The position numbers were made by a program, and so were the translations under genes. Below the pieces are notes generated by a model. That model saw only the letters and a list, made by a program, of their open reading frames with translations. It searched no databases and was not told where the DNA came from. A stretch of 64,000 bases of DNA from Bacteroidales bacterium (lineage in GTDB: Bacteria; Bacteroidota; Bacteroidia; Bacteroidales; UBA3663): positions 26,487-90,486 of the forward strand of contig JAFZBE010000041.1 in NCBI GenBank assembly GCA_017561935.1, in the 5' to 3' direction. The first letter of the stretch is position 1, and the number at the start of each line of letters is the position of its first letter. Shown here one piece after another: positions 29,095-39,444 of this stretch.

Positions 29095-30615
29095 TTATCT
29101 TCTTCTTACTGAGCGGCTGCCGCTGCCACCGCCGCGTTCTTTCTTTTGTTTGGGTTGTTTGGCTGCTTTGCTCTTGCTGCTGGACTTGACGTTGGTCTTG
29201 TTGTTGCCGAGATAGGTGCGGACACAACGGAAGCCGATGAAAGAGCGTTGTTCGTTCTGATATTCCCATGAACGGACATCACCGCGAACGTAGTGCTCAG
29301 CATCCTTCCACGAGCCGCCACGTATCACCTTGCGCTTCATGCGGTAGGGATCTTCCTTCGCAGCGTTGTAATGGTAGTCGGGGTTGATGTCGCTGGCGCT
29401 GTGAACACCCGATTCGGTCCAGGCCGTCGAAGTCCATTCGGCCACGTTGCCCGACATGTCGTAAAGGCCGAAGTCATTGCTCGGATAAGCACCGACGGGT
29501 GAGGTGATGATGTATCCATCGCGACTGTAGTCACCGTTGCCTGGTTTGAAGTTCCCATTGTAGCAACCCTTGTCGGTATGGGGCACGTCGGTCCTCCAGG
29601 AGAATGTCTGGTCGTTGTTGCCGGCGCGTGCGGCATACTCCCATTCGGCCTCGGTGGGCAAACGGTAAGGTTCGATCTGGATGCTGCGCATACCGTGGCT
29701 CGACACGAGATATTCGGTACGCCAACGGCAGAAGGCATTGGCCTGTTCCCAGCTCACGCCAACAACGGGATAATCGTCGTAGATAGGCGATGAGAAGTAA
29801 TAGCGTGCGTACTGATCGGTGAAAGCATTGGCAAAGTCATTAACCCAGACAGTGGTGTCGGGGTAGATGTTGACGATGTAGGTGTTGAGGAAGTCCCACT
29901 CGGAAGAGAGCGGACGTACGATGGTGGAACGCACGATATTGCCGTCATCATCGATGAAGGCGGTGTCTTTCGAAATGAGGACTTCGGCGTCATAATCTAC
30001 TGCGTGGTCGGTGTTGAGGTCACGCAGTTCAGGGTTGAGACGATAGCGACGCTGGGCGTATGAGTTGTAGTCGAACACCTCGTAGCGATAGTTCATCTGA
30101 CGCGCGTCGAGCATCTTCCTGCCCGTGATGGGATCGATGCGATAAACGCTCTCGATGGCACGCTCCTCGTCCTCGTTGGGTTTGCGCCAGGGGATGGGCT
30201 TCGACCAGTTGAGGTGTGGCGTTACGGGCTCGCCATATTTGTCTTCTTCGATCTTGTATTCCTCATTGCCTCCGTAGGCAGGGTCGGCCAGACGCTCACG
30301 GATGATGGAGTCGCGCACATAGTGTACGAACTGTCGATACATGGCATTCGAAACCTCCTTCTCGTCCATCCAGAAAGCGTCAACCGATATGCCCTTGGCA
30401 TCTAAAAGATCACCCCAAAGCGAGTCTTGACTTTGTGCACCCACTTCCATCGAGCCACGCTTCACGAGTACCATGCCATAAGGCTGTGGTTCATTCCATG
30501 AACGTCCGCGCACACCAGTGACCTCGCCGCCTTGTCCGCCCATCGACTTCATGCAGCTGGTCAGCATTGTGCAGCCGAAGACGGCCACGATGATTGCCAG
30601 AAAGATTTTTTTCAT
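29095..30615 (-). CDS. porK: T9SS lipoprotein PorK/GldK
   Basis: Lipobox; FGE-sulfatase motifs RLPTEAEWEYAAR, GLYDMSGNVAEW and IGFRCV. Confidence 0.95.
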   Translation of the reverse strand: MKKIFLAIIVAVFGCTMLTSCMKSMGGQGGEVTGVRGRSWNEPQPYGMVLVKRGSMEVGAQSQDSLWGDLLDAKGISVDAFWMDEKEVSNAMYRQFVHYVRDSIIRERLADPAYGGNEEYKIEEDKYGEPVTPHLNWSKPIPWRKPNEDEERAIESVYRIDPITGRKMLDARQMNYRYEVFDYNSYAQRRYRLNPELRDLNTDHAVDYDAEVLISKDTAFIDDDGNIVRSTIVRPLSSEWDFLNTYIVNIYPDTTVWVNDFANAFTDQYARYYFSSPIYDDYPVVGVSWEQANAFCRWRTEYLVSSHGMRSIQIEPYRLPTEAEWEYAARAGNNDQTFSWRTDVPHTDKGCYNGNFKPGNGDYSRDGYIITSPVGAYPSNDFGLYDMSGNVAEWTSTAWTESGVHSASDINPDYHYNAAKEDPYRMKRKVIRGGSWKDAEHYVRGDVRSWEYQNEQRSFIGFRCVRTYLGNNKTNVKSSSKSKAAKQPKQKKERGGGSGSRSVRRR

Positions 30616-30669
30616 ATAGTTGTATTTTTTGTTTTTGCGTTACGTAGTCCAATCCGCAGATCGAAGCAT

Positions 30670-31650
30670 CTATAGAATTCTAATAGACTTGGTACCTCTC
30701 GATTTGGTCTTGTCGAGGTCGATGTGCATCGTGTAGGTTGCCAGAATCTCATGCGATCCGCCGCCTGCAAAGCCTATCTGCGAGATGGGAATGTCGTAGG
30801 CATATCCCAATCGCACATGGTTGACATCGGCACCCACCATGACGACGACGGCATCGCCCGGACGGTAGGAGAGTCCTCCCCAGAATTTCTCGTTGTAGGT
30901 GGTACGAACCGTGAAGTCGTACTGCGTGAACTGGAACGTTGACTTCACCAGCAGCGAGGGTTGCAATATGAATAACGTATGTTTTAAAGGAATATTGCCT
31001 CCCGCATGAAAATAAAAAGTTGGTGAGAGCTCATAATAGGCATAATCGGCCAATTCTATCTCACTTCCAAGGAGGTGCAGTCCACTGAATCCGCCATAAA
31101 ACCAGCCTCGTTCGTAAAAAACGCCTGCCGAGGGATCGAATGTCATGCCCGACACGTCACCAGTCGGAATGGCATCGTCGGCTGCATCCCAGGCTTCACC
31201 TGAGGGGATATAGACTTCGCCACCAGCAAAGGTCTGGTTTACGAAACCGGGTTGAAGGCCTACTGCCAGTCGTCCGCCCCACATCTTGAAGCTGTAGTTC
31301 ATCTGCAGGTTGACAAATGTCGTGGTGAAAAGGCCTGCCTGGTCATTCAGGATGGTGGCACCAAGGCCCGTCCGTTTTCGTCCCAACATGATGGGGATGT
31401 CTGCCGAGACGAAGAAAGTCTGAGGAGCATCCTTGACCCCCACCCATTGCATACGATCGAAGGCCGTGATGTGGAGTGCTGAGTCGCAGCCTGCAGTAGC
31501 TGGGTTGTAGAGCGTGGGCGTGGCCCAGTACATACTCTCGTTGGTGTCCTGCTGTGCAAAGAGCGAAGAAGCAGAAAATAGCATGACGATGGCACACATC
31601 ATGCCCACGGTATTCTGCCATATATATGTCCTTTGCAAAGCTTTCCGCAT
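30670..31650 (-). CDS. porP: PorP/SprF family T9SS outer-membrane barrel
   Basis: YNPATAG, R.QWVG...APQT, GYAYD and GSHE motifs; ends SIRIL. Start is approximate. Confidence 0.9.
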   Translation of the reverse strand: MRKALQRTYIWQNTVGMMCAIVMLFSASSLFAQQDTNESMYWATPTLYNPATAGCDSALHITAFDRMQWVGVKDAPQTFFVSADIPIMLGRKRTGLGATILNDQAGLFTTTFVNLQMNYSFKMWGGRLAVGLQPGFVNQTFAGGEVYIPSGEAWDAADDAIPTGDVSGMTFDPSAGVFYERGWFYGGFSGLHLLGSEIELADYAYYELSPTFYFHAGGNIPLKHTLFILQPSLLVKSTFQFTQYDFTVRTTYNEKFWGGLSYRPGDAVVVMVGADVNHVRLGYAYDIPISQIGFAGGGSHEILATYTMHIDLDKTKSRGTKSIRIL

Positions 31651-31757
31651 GTCCTTTTGTCGTTTTTCGAAATAAACGCTAACCATTAAACGTAGTTTTC
31701 CGCATTTTATTGCATAAAATTGTCCAAGGGAATAAAAAAAGTAGTATCTTTGTGCCC

Positions 31758-32672
31758 ATGAAAGGAAGATTTGCTCCTTCACCGACGGGTAGGATGCATC
31801 TTGGCAATGTTTATTCTGCCTTGCTCTCCTGGCTATCGGTCAGGAGCCAAGGTGGTGCATGGGTGCTGCGCATCGAAGATCTCGACCCCCAACGTTCTCG
31901 CCGTTCGTTTGCTGAGCAAATCGAGGATGATTTGAAGTGGCTGGGTCTGGAATGGGATGAATATTTCGTCCAGAGTGAGCGTGGCGCAATTTATACACAT
32001 TATTTAAATATATTAAAGGGGAAGTATTTGACCTATCCCTGCTATTGCACTCGTGCCGACATCATGGCGACGCAGGCCCCACATGAGTCAGATGGCCGCA
32101 TCGTTTATGCTGGTACGTGTCGTCCGGCGAATTTGGAACATGCATGGCTCAATGCCGATTCACATCCATTGGGCCGAAAACCTGCCACGCGACTCATTGT
32201 TCCCGACAAAGAGATCAGTTTCGTTGATGCGCATTATGGCCCGCAGTCGGTCAATCTGGCTCGACACTGTGGAGATTTCGTTTTGCGGCGTGCCGATGGA
32301 GCTTGGGCTTACCAGCTGGCAGTGGTGGTCGATGATGCCTTGATGGGCATCACCGAGGTAGTGCGCGGACGCGACCTGCTGCTTTCCGCTCCTCAGCAGA
32401 TCTATCTGTATCGACTGCTTGGTTTCGAGGTTCCCACATTCTGCCATCTGCCACTCCTCTGCAACGAAGCCGGACAACGTCTCTGCAAGCGCGACAAGAG
32501 TCTTGATCTGGGAGAGATTCGCAAATCGGCACACTCTTCCAACTCGGTACTTGGGCAACTGGCTTTCTATGCAGGTCTTATCGACCGTCCGGAACCGGTA
32601 TCTGCTCTTGATCTCGTGCCTGAATTTTCTTGGACGAAGGTCCCCATCGAAGACATTTATGTCAGCAAATGA
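31758..32672 (+). CDS. gluQ: tRNA glutamyl-Q(34) synthetase GluQRS
   Basis: GRFAPSPTG.MHLGN, YQLAVVVDD and RLCKRD motifs; no anticodon-binding domain. Confidence 0.9.
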   Translation: MKGRFAPSPTGRMHLGNVYSALLSWLSVRSQGGAWVLRIEDLDPQRSRRSFAEQIEDDLKWLGLEWDEYFVQSERGAIYTHYLNILKGKYLTYPCYCTRADIMATQAPHESDGRIVYAGTCRPANLEHAWLNADSHPLGRKPATRLIVPDKEISFVDAHYGPQSVNLARHCGDFVLRRADGAWAYQLAVVVDDALMGITEVVRGRDLLLSAPQQIYLYRLLGFEVPTFCHLPLLCNEAGQRLCKRDKSLDLGEIRKSAHSSNSVLGQLAFYAGLIDRPEPVSALDLVPEFSWTKVPIEDIYVSK

Positions 32673-32799
32673 TATCTTCGATGAAAGAAAAGGCTAAATT
32701 ATGCTCGATTTCTATCAATTTTCTACTAAAAACTTGCATATCGACGTTTTTTTCAGTAATTTTGCGCCCATATTTGCGCCGTTTTTTAATATTATTATA

Positions 32800-35700
32800 A
32801 TGTTTAGAAGATATCTTATTATTTCTGCACTTTTGCTCGCTCTTCCTCTGATGGTAAGTGCAGCACCAGTGACACGCTCGCAGGCACAGGAAGTGGCTCG
32901 CCAATTTATGAATAAAAAGGGCATGTCATCGCAGATAGCCGAGATGGCCTATAAGTCGCCCCGCCGTGGACAGGTTTCCGAAGAGGATGCGTATTATTTT
33001 GTGTTCAACGCTCCCAATAAACAGGGATTCGTTGTCGTGTCGGGTGATGACCGCACGGCCGAAGTCCTTGGATATGCTTATAGGGGTTCATTCGATGAGA
33101 CTCAATTGCCTCAGCATGTAAAGGCTTTCCTCCAGACTTATGCCGACGAAATCCAGTATCTTGAAGATGCGGGTATTACTGAGGTTCAGCGCGCTCCACG
33201 TCGTGCTGGTGAAGAGGATTATCAGGCCATCGCGCCTTTGATCTGCACTCGTTGGGACCAGGGTTCGCCTTACAATGCTCTCTGCCCTAATAATTGTCCC
33301 ACAGGTTGTGCCGCTACATCCACGGCTCAGGTCATGAATTATCATAAGTGGCCGGCTGCAACGACAGCCGAAATACCTTCTTATCGCACTGGCTCAAGGA
33401 ATTTCTATCTGGAAGCTGTTCCCGAAGGTACCGTATTCAACTGGGATGCGATGCTCGACACTTACAATCACACGTCGAGCTCCGAGTCGCGTCAAGCTGT
33501 GGCCGAATTGATGAGTTATGTAGGTCGGGGCATCAAGATGGACTATGACTTCATGGGTTCAGGTGCTTACAGTTCCGATATGGGGCCTGCTCTTAACAAT
33601 TATTTCGACTATCAGGTCACCCAACTCTATCGCAAGAACTATCCACTGGTAGCTTTCGAGGATTCCATCTATCAGCAGCTTGCTATGGGCTATCCCGTGA
33701 TTTTCAATGGCATGTCAACGGGAGGTGGACACAGCTTCGTGGTCGATGGATATGACAGCAATCACTTTTTCCATGTCAATTGGGGATGGGGAGGCCAAGA
33801 TGACAATTATTTCCTTCTTTCTGTGCTCAATCCCTATAACAATACCAGCATTGGTTCCAGCAGTTCGGAGGACGGCTTCAGTTACGATCAGGATGTTCTT
33901 TTCCTTAAGCCAGGACTGCAGACCCCTTTGGTTAACAAACCTCTTGAAATGAATATTGTCGGGGTAACCGAACAGGGGGTGCTCGTCGAGTATTACAGCT
34001 TGGTTACAGGCACTAAGGAATACGAACTCGGATTGGGAGAAGTCATTGATGGCGACATGTCTCCACTTGACAAAACGTTGCACAAGGAAAAAATACGTCA
34101 GTTCTGGGGCGAGGAGGATATGGAGTTCCGCGTATCTGGTGTTGATGCCGGCCTCCATCGCCTTGTGCCTATCTCTCGCATGGAAGGCGACAGCACATGG
34201 CGTTACGACCTCTATCCTTATGCCGAGGTGATGGTGGGAGAGGATGGCTCTCTGGAGTTCAATACCGTTTGGAATAAGATGCAGACGGTTAATTACGAAT
34301 TTGAGGGCAGCCTGTTCATCGGCCAGACGCAGCCATTCAAGGTCACTTTCCTTAACGATACCGATCAGGAGTATTATGGCCCCATCTATCTGTTCTCTAA
34401 TCGAGGGGAAGGTAAGACTCCTAATATGAGATATTCTTCCTTTGAAGGTTTCACGGTACCTGCTCACGATAGTCTTCGTGTGTCGTTCTCGTTCCGTCCC
34501 TCTTCGAGCGGCAAATGGACGGTCAGCTTCGGATCCGATCCGAGCGGTAAGTGCATCTTTGGTAGTTGTACGGTAGGCATCAATTCCGGAGACGTGGTCA
34601 TCGATGGTCTTCGTTTCAAGCTCAATCCCGAAACACAGGAGGCCAAACTTGTCGGTGGCAGCGAAGATTATGCCGGACATATCGTCATCCCCGACACTAT
34701 TGTTTCCAATGGCAGGAACTATGTTGTTACGAGTCTTGACAATAATGTGTTCAACGGTTGTGCTGATGTTTTGAGCGTCACCCTGCCTGCCACACTGACA
34801 TCGATTGGCGAATATTGCTTTGAGGATTGCAAGGGTCTCACAGCCATTCATCTTCCCGCATTTGTCAAAGCTATTGGACAAGGAGCCTTTGCAGGGTGTA
34901 ATAATCTTGTCGATATCCAAGTGGACGAGAACAATGCCAAATATTCGGCCCATGATGGTATGTTGTTCTCGAATGAAGGCAAAACATTGAACACATATCC
35001 TTCTGCACAAGGAGTGGTCAATAATCTTCCCGACTCTTTGAAGGTAATCGGTGATGGTAGTCTTGCCGGGACCTCTATCACGCGCCTCATTCTTCCTGCA
35101 AGCGTTGTAACCATGGGTATGTCCTGCCTCAGTGGATGTGACGAACTCACGACAATTGTGTCGAAGGCCAGGAAAAATCCTTCTTGTTTCTCGGGCGTTA
35201 GTTCTGGCACCTTCGCAGGATTGAAGGTCAACCAGATTCAGCTCATCATCCCGGTTGGCACAGAGGCCGTCTATTCCAAGGCCGATGGCTGGAGTAAATT
35301 CACTCAGGTCAATTCGTTCAAGGCATTTGGCGCTCATTGTGTACAGGGTTTCTCTTCGTCGAGGAACATTGATCTCGATGGCATCGTTGTTGTCGATGAT
35401 AACTTTGAGGAAATCGAAGCTGCAACACCCAAGGCATATAAGGTCGTTTATTCTGATGATGAGGAACCGAAACTATACGCTTCCATCGTCCAGGGTGTCG
35501 TCGAGGCTGGTAATGGCCTGCTTGTAGAAGGCGAATCGACTTTGGTATTCAAGGCCAGCAACGACCCCGTCTCGGCCGATGTCACTGGCAACCTGCTCAT
35601 GGCTGCTCTTGCCGATACCGACCTTTCTACCATCAGCAATGCCTACACTTATCAGGATGGCACATTCGTAGCCAATAGCACGGATGTTGTTGAGGCTGGT

Positions 35701-35889
35701 GGAGCATATCTTGTCCTCGAAGGAGTGGCCGCTCCATCCTTGCCACTCTATTTCGGAGAGATTCCTGGTGGCATCAGTACCATCAGTGTTGACGCATCGG
35801 AGTATGTCCTCTATGACCTGCAAGGTCGCAGGGTAAAGGCCTCAGAATCGGGCTTCTACATCCTGAATGGCCGGAAGGTTCTACGATAA
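32800..35889 (+). CDS. C10-family (streptopain/interpain-like) cysteine protease with BspA-like LRR and T9SS CTD
   Basis: Prodomain VVSGDD; catalytic motifs W.Q..PYN, PTGCAAT, GGHSFVVDGY and HVNWGW; YDLQGRR at the C-terminus. Confidence 0.92.
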   Translation: MFRRYLIISALLLALPLMVSAAPVTRSQAQEVARQFMNKKGMSSQIAEMAYKSPRRGQVSEEDAYYFVFNAPNKQGFVVVSGDDRTAEVLGYAYRGSFDETQLPQHVKAFLQTYADEIQYLEDAGITEVQRAPRRAGEEDYQAIAPLICTRWDQGSPYNALCPNNCPTGCAATSTAQVMNYHKWPAATTAEIPSYRTGSRNFYLEAVPEGTVFNWDAMLDTYNHTSSSESRQAVAELMSYVGRGIKMDYDFMGSGAYSSDMGPALNNYFDYQVTQLYRKNYPLVAFEDSIYQQLAMGYPVIFNGMSTGGGHSFVVDGYDSNHFFHVNWGWGGQDDNYFLLSVLNPYNNTSIGSSSSEDGFSYDQDVLFLKPGLQTPLVNKPLEMNIVGVTEQGVLVEYYSLVTGTKEYELGLGEVIDGDMSPLDKTLHKEKIRQFWGEEDMEFRVSGVDAGLHRLVPISRMEGDSTWRYDLYPYAEVMVGEDGSLEFNTVWNKMQTVNYEFEGSLFIGQTQPFKVTFLNDTDQEYYGPIYLFSNRGEGKTPNMRYSSFEGFTVPAHDSLRVSFSFRPSSSGKWTVSFGSDPSGKCIFGSCTVGINSGDVVIDGLRFKLNPETQEAKLVGGSEDYAGHIVIPDTIVSNGRNYVVTSLDNNVFNGCADVLSVTLPATLTSIGEYCFEDCKGLTAIHLPAFVKAIGQGAFAGCNNLVDIQVDENNAKYSAHDGMLFSNEGKTLNTYPSAQGVVNNLPDSLKVIGDGSLAGTSITRLILPASVVTMGMSCLSGCDELTTIVSKARKNPSCFSGVSSGTFAGLKVNQIQLIIPVGTEAVYSKADGWSKFTQVNSFKAFGAHCVQGFSSSRNIDLDGIVVVDDNFEEIEAATPKAYKVVYSDDEEPKLYASIVQGVVEAGNGLLVEGESTLVFKASNDPVSADVTGNLLMAALADTDLSTISNAYTYQDGTFVANSTDVVEAGGAYLVLEGVAAPSLPLYFGEIPGGISTISVDASEYVLYDLQGRRVKASESGFYILNGRKVLR

Positions 35890-35903
35890 GCACTCTTTTT
35901 CAA

Positions 35904-36048
35904 GGGGAGTAAACGGGAGTAAACAGGAGTTAGCGGACGTTACTTTCGCCTGTGGGAAACAGGTTCCAACAGTACATTCGTCCGTTAACTCCCGTTAACT
36001 CCACAGGCTAAAAGCCTGTTAACTCCCGATAACTCCCTTATAATTCCT
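35904..36048. repeat. Intergenic palindromic element built of GGAGT(T/A)AAC / GTTAACTCC units
   Basis: Three forward 10-bp units followed by several inverted units. Confidence 0.75.
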
Positions 36049-36111
36049 GTAGATGCGAAACTTGTATCTTTTTTATTCAATTATTTTTTTAATGAAACTA
36101 CTATTTGTATT

Positions 36112-37413
36112 ATGAAGAAATTACTTTTAGTTTTAAGTCTTGCTATGGCCACAATGTCCATGCAAGCTCAAGAGAATCAGTTCAGCATGTCGGCTCAGCT
36201 TCGCACACGTGCCGAATATCGCAATGGTTCCATCTTCCCTCGTGGTGAGGGTGCCGATTTCACATCCTTCATCAATGACCGTACACGGTTGTCAATTAGT
36301 TATGTTCGTGCAAATAACCTCGAATTGAAAATTTCGGGGCAGCAGGTCGGTGTCTGGGGACAGGATCCTCAGGTCAACAAGGACGGACGTTACGATCTGA
36401 ATGAGGCTTGGGCAAAGTTGAAGCACGGCAACGTGTATGCCCAGATTGGCCGACAGCCGTTGGTTTACGATGACGAGCGCCTCCTCGGCGATCTCGATTG
36501 GAATGTGGCGGGCCGTTCACACGATGCCTTCAAGTTGGCGTACGAAAAGAATGCCGACAAGTTGCATCTCATTCTCGCTTTCAACCAGAATGGCGAGAAA
36601 GTAAACAGCGGAACCTATTATGCTGATGGAGGACAACCTTACAAGAGTATGCAGACTCTGTGGTACAATCATCAGTTCGCCAAGCCGATGACACTCTCGC
36701 TCCTCTTCATGAACCTTGGTCAGGAAGGAGGCGTCTGGGGTGATGCCAAGACGCGTTACATGCAGACGATGGGCTTCCACTTCACTGCTCAGCCAACCAA
36801 TTGGGACCTTGTAGCTTCATTCTATTATCAGACAGGCAAGACGGCATCCAATCTTGACATATCGGCTCTCATGGCCAGTGTGAAGGCCGGTTACATCATC
36901 AACCCGAGATGGAAAGCCACCTTCGGTTTCGACTTCATGGACGGTGAGGATTATGAATGGGCGACCCGATCGTTTTCAGGAGATATCGAAGTGCACAAGG
37001 CAGATCCGACAAAGACACGCGCTTTCAATCCACTTTATGGTACCCATCACAAGTTCTATGGCGCCATGGATTATTTCTATGCCTCGAGCTTCATCAACGG
37101 ATTGGCTCCCGGACTTCAGGACATTCAACTCAGTGTGGATTACAAGGCGACGAAGAACACTGCGATGCAACTGGCTTATCACTACTTCCTGACGGCAAGC
37201 GACATTCTCGTCACCGACGGAAAGACCCTCGGTTCAGAAATCGATCTTCAGATCAACATCAACCTGATGAAGAGCGTCACGATGATGATAGGCTACTCCA
37301 CCATGTTTGGCACCGACACGATGGATGCCGTGAAGGGTGGCGATCATTCGAAGTGGCAGGATTGGGCTTGGATATCTCTCAACATCAATCCGCAGTTCAT
37401 TTCGCGTTTGTAA
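36112..37413 (+). CDS. Alginate-export-family outer-membrane porin
   Basis: R.R.E.R.G, IGRQ.L.YDDERL.G..DW and LYGTHHKFYG.MDYF motifs. Confidence 0.85.
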   Translation: MKKLLLVLSLAMATMSMQAQENQFSMSAQLRTRAEYRNGSIFPRGEGADFTSFINDRTRLSISYVRANNLELKISGQQVGVWGQDPQVNKDGRYDLNEAWAKLKHGNVYAQIGRQPLVYDDERLLGDLDWNVAGRSHDAFKLAYEKNADKLHLILAFNQNGEKVNSGTYYADGGQPYKSMQTLWYNHQFAKPMTLSLLFMNLGQEGGVWGDAKTRYMQTMGFHFTAQPTNWDLVASFYYQTGKTASNLDISALMASVKAGYIINPRWKATFGFDFMDGEDYEWATRSFSGDIEVHKADPTKTRAFNPLYGTHHKFYGAMDYFYASSFINGLAPGLQDIQLSVDYKATKNTAMQLAYHYFLTASDILVTDGKTLGSEIDLQININLMKSVTMMIGYSTMFGTDTMDAVKGGDHSKWQDWAWISLNINPQFISRL

Positions 37414-37449
37414 AAATCATCAATCTACACATATTACAACATCCCCTTC

Positions 37450-37483
37450 CTGGTCAGCAGATCCTTTTCTGCTGGCCAGTTTT
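37450..37483 (+). terminator. Intrinsic terminator
   Basis: CTGGTCAGCAGA / TCTGCTGGCCAG followed by TTTT. Confidence 0.7.
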
Positions 37484-37583
37484 GTATGTCCATCCTGATT
37501 GGCATGGTCATGGCGTCGGCTTTCTCGGCCATCCTTGTTTATGCCACCGAAAGATGAAGAAAGAGACAGCATAAAAGTGCCTT

Positions 37584-37600
37584 TGTGTTAAATTTACGCA
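37584..37600. promoter_or_regulatory. Putative NrtR operator upstream of nrtR
   Basis: TGTGT-TAAATTT-ACGCA fits the GT-N7-AC core. Confidence 0.55.
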
Positions 37601-37679
37601 TTTTTTGTAAGAAAAAGTTCCAAAGACTTGCTTTTGTCTAAGAAATCCCGTATCTTTGCACAAACAAACGCTAAAAGTT

Positions 37680-38450
37680 ATGGAGAATCACGAAAAACCG
37701 AATTTCGGATATGTCTATCCACGTCCCGCAGTCACGACCGATTGTGTCATTTTTGGCTTCGATCTCAACGATGAACTTCTAAAGGTACTCCTCATTGAGC
37801 GTGGCATCGAGCCATTCAAGGGACGTTATGCCTTGCCGGGTGGCTTCATTAAAATTCAAGCGAAGACCAATGAGTATGGTCTTGTGGTCGAGGAGACCAA
37901 CGAAAGTCTGCTCGACTGTGCCAAGCGCGAACTCAAGGAGGAGACGGGTTTCGACGTTCAGAACATTTACGAACTTGGCACATGGAGCACACCAGGTCGT
38001 GATCCTCGATGCATCACCATCACCGATGCCTATTATGCCTTGGTGGGCATCCAACCTGTCCGTGGCGGTGACGATGCAGCCGATGCAAAGTGGGTGCCTC
38101 TCTATCAGGTGCTCAATGCCATCAAGAATATGCCTGATGACATGCATTTCCTTGCTTTCGACCATGATGAGATAGTTGCTTCAGCTCATATTCGCTTGCA
38201 GCAACAGTTGTGTTTCGAGCCATTGGCTTTCAAACTCCTGCCCAAGCGGTTCTCGATGACTACTTTGCAGAAACTCTATGAATCCATCCTCGAAAAGAAC
38301 TTCGACCGTCGTAACTTCGCCCGCAAGATGCTCGACAGCGGCATCCTTGATGCTTTCCCCACTGAAAGCAGAAGTATCAACTATGAACTGAATCTTGAGA
38401 AGTACGAGGAATTCAAGAGGATCGGAAAATTGTCGAACCTTATTTTCTGA
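37680..38450 (+). CDS. nrtR: NrtR-family regulator (Nudix plus wHTH)
   Basis: YPRPAVTTD, ALPGGF, RELKEETG, RDPR, LAFDH and DRRNFARK motifs. Confidence 0.9.
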   Translation: MENHEKPNFGYVYPRPAVTTDCVIFGFDLNDELLKVLLIERGIEPFKGRYALPGGFIKIQAKTNEYGLVVEETNESLLDCAKRELKEETGFDVQNIYELGTWSTPGRDPRCITITDAYYALVGIQPVRGGDDAADAKWVPLYQVLNAIKNMPDDMHFLAFDHDEIVASAHIRLQQQLCFEPLAFKLLPKRFSMTTLQKLYESILEKNFDRRNFARKMLDSGILDAFPTESRSINYELNLEKYEEFKRIGKLSNLIF

Positions 38451-38538
38451 TGTTTCCTTGTCGGCTTTCTCTATAGAGTATGACAGATTTGCAGCATCCA
38501 CTTTGACAGAATTAATCCATATTTGTGCATAAACAAAG

Positions 38539-38563
38539 AAAGTGTGTCATTTTGACGCACTTT
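38539..38563. promoter_or_regulatory. Putative NrtR operator
   Basis: Palindrome AAAGTGTGTCATTTTGACGCACTTT with GT-N7-AC core. Confidence 0.7.
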
Positions 38564-38749
38564 TATTTTGGCATATACTTTGCATTAATAATTTATGAAA
38601 GGGTAGATTTCCTTGAATTAGGTGGCTCGGAAGTATATTTTATACAATTCTACTCCTAATTGAAGTATTTTGTTTACCTTTTCGTCTTTTTGACATATTA
38701 TAATGTGGGACGAAAGAACCGCAAACGTTTAACCAAATTTTTTTACTTT

Positions 38750-39349
38750 ATGCACAACACAGGAAAAGAAAAGCAGACAGTTCGTAACACGGATGAGATG
38801 GCAGCCAATGGCCTGTCTTTTTCGGAGATCCGCAAAGTGGTTTCTGATCAGATAGGTGGTTATGGTGAATCGGACGGAATGAGCGTCATGAAACTCGTTC
38901 AACTTCTCGGCAGCGCCATAACGAGCAAGAAGGAGGAATACAGGCTGTCGTTCGATCGTGAAGAAGAGGACCGCTGGTATATTGATCTTCCCAATTGGCC
39001 TTGGAAGAAAGCCAACCTCGAGATGGTCGCTGGAGCCGATAAGCTTCTCGACATCTTGAGCCAGGGAAAGGATCGGGTGACACTTCTGGTGAAGCCATCT
39101 TCCAAGCCCATGGATGAGACAGAATTCCAGGAATTGATGCAAGATGGTTGGCTTGAACTGACGCAGACCCAGTCATCATTGACAGGCGGTGCTACTTACA
39201 CGGCGCGAGGAAACAATATGGAAAGTTTTGTTCGCAGGCATCCTCTCACCGGCGAAGTGTCCCAGCGCACCCTTTGGCTTTGCCCGGTCACCCTCTTCGT
39301 CTTCGGTCATTATCCCAAGTATTTCTACGGAAAGGTCGTCGAAGAATAA
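38750..39349 (+). CDS. DUF6717-like protein
   Basis: WYIDLP.W, MVAGAD.LLD and LWLCPVTLFVFG.YP motifs; start 38750 or 38798. Confidence 0.65.
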   Translation: MHNTGKEKQTVRNTDEMAANGLSFSEIRKVVSDQIGGYGESDGMSVMKLVQLLGSAITSKKEEYRLSFDREEEDRWYIDLPNWPWKKANLEMVAGADKLLDILSQGKDRVTLLVKPSSKPMDETEFQELMQDGWLELTQTQSSLTGGATYTARGNNMESFVRRHPLTGEVSQRTLWLCPVTLFVFGHYPKYFYGKVVEE

Positions 39350-39444
39350 CCACTCGCATTCATCATCCAAGTGGCGGCCATCTATCTATGGCCGCCCCCT
39401 TTTCCCCTATTAATAATATCATTTTCCAATAAACAAACACCACT

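Noticed and set aside
33715-35337. 540-aa minus-strand ORF, and similar long ORFs at 2058-2888, 47426-48826 and 60644-62704
   Set aside because: Antisense shadows of well-supported genes, produced by codon bias; no recognisable motifs.
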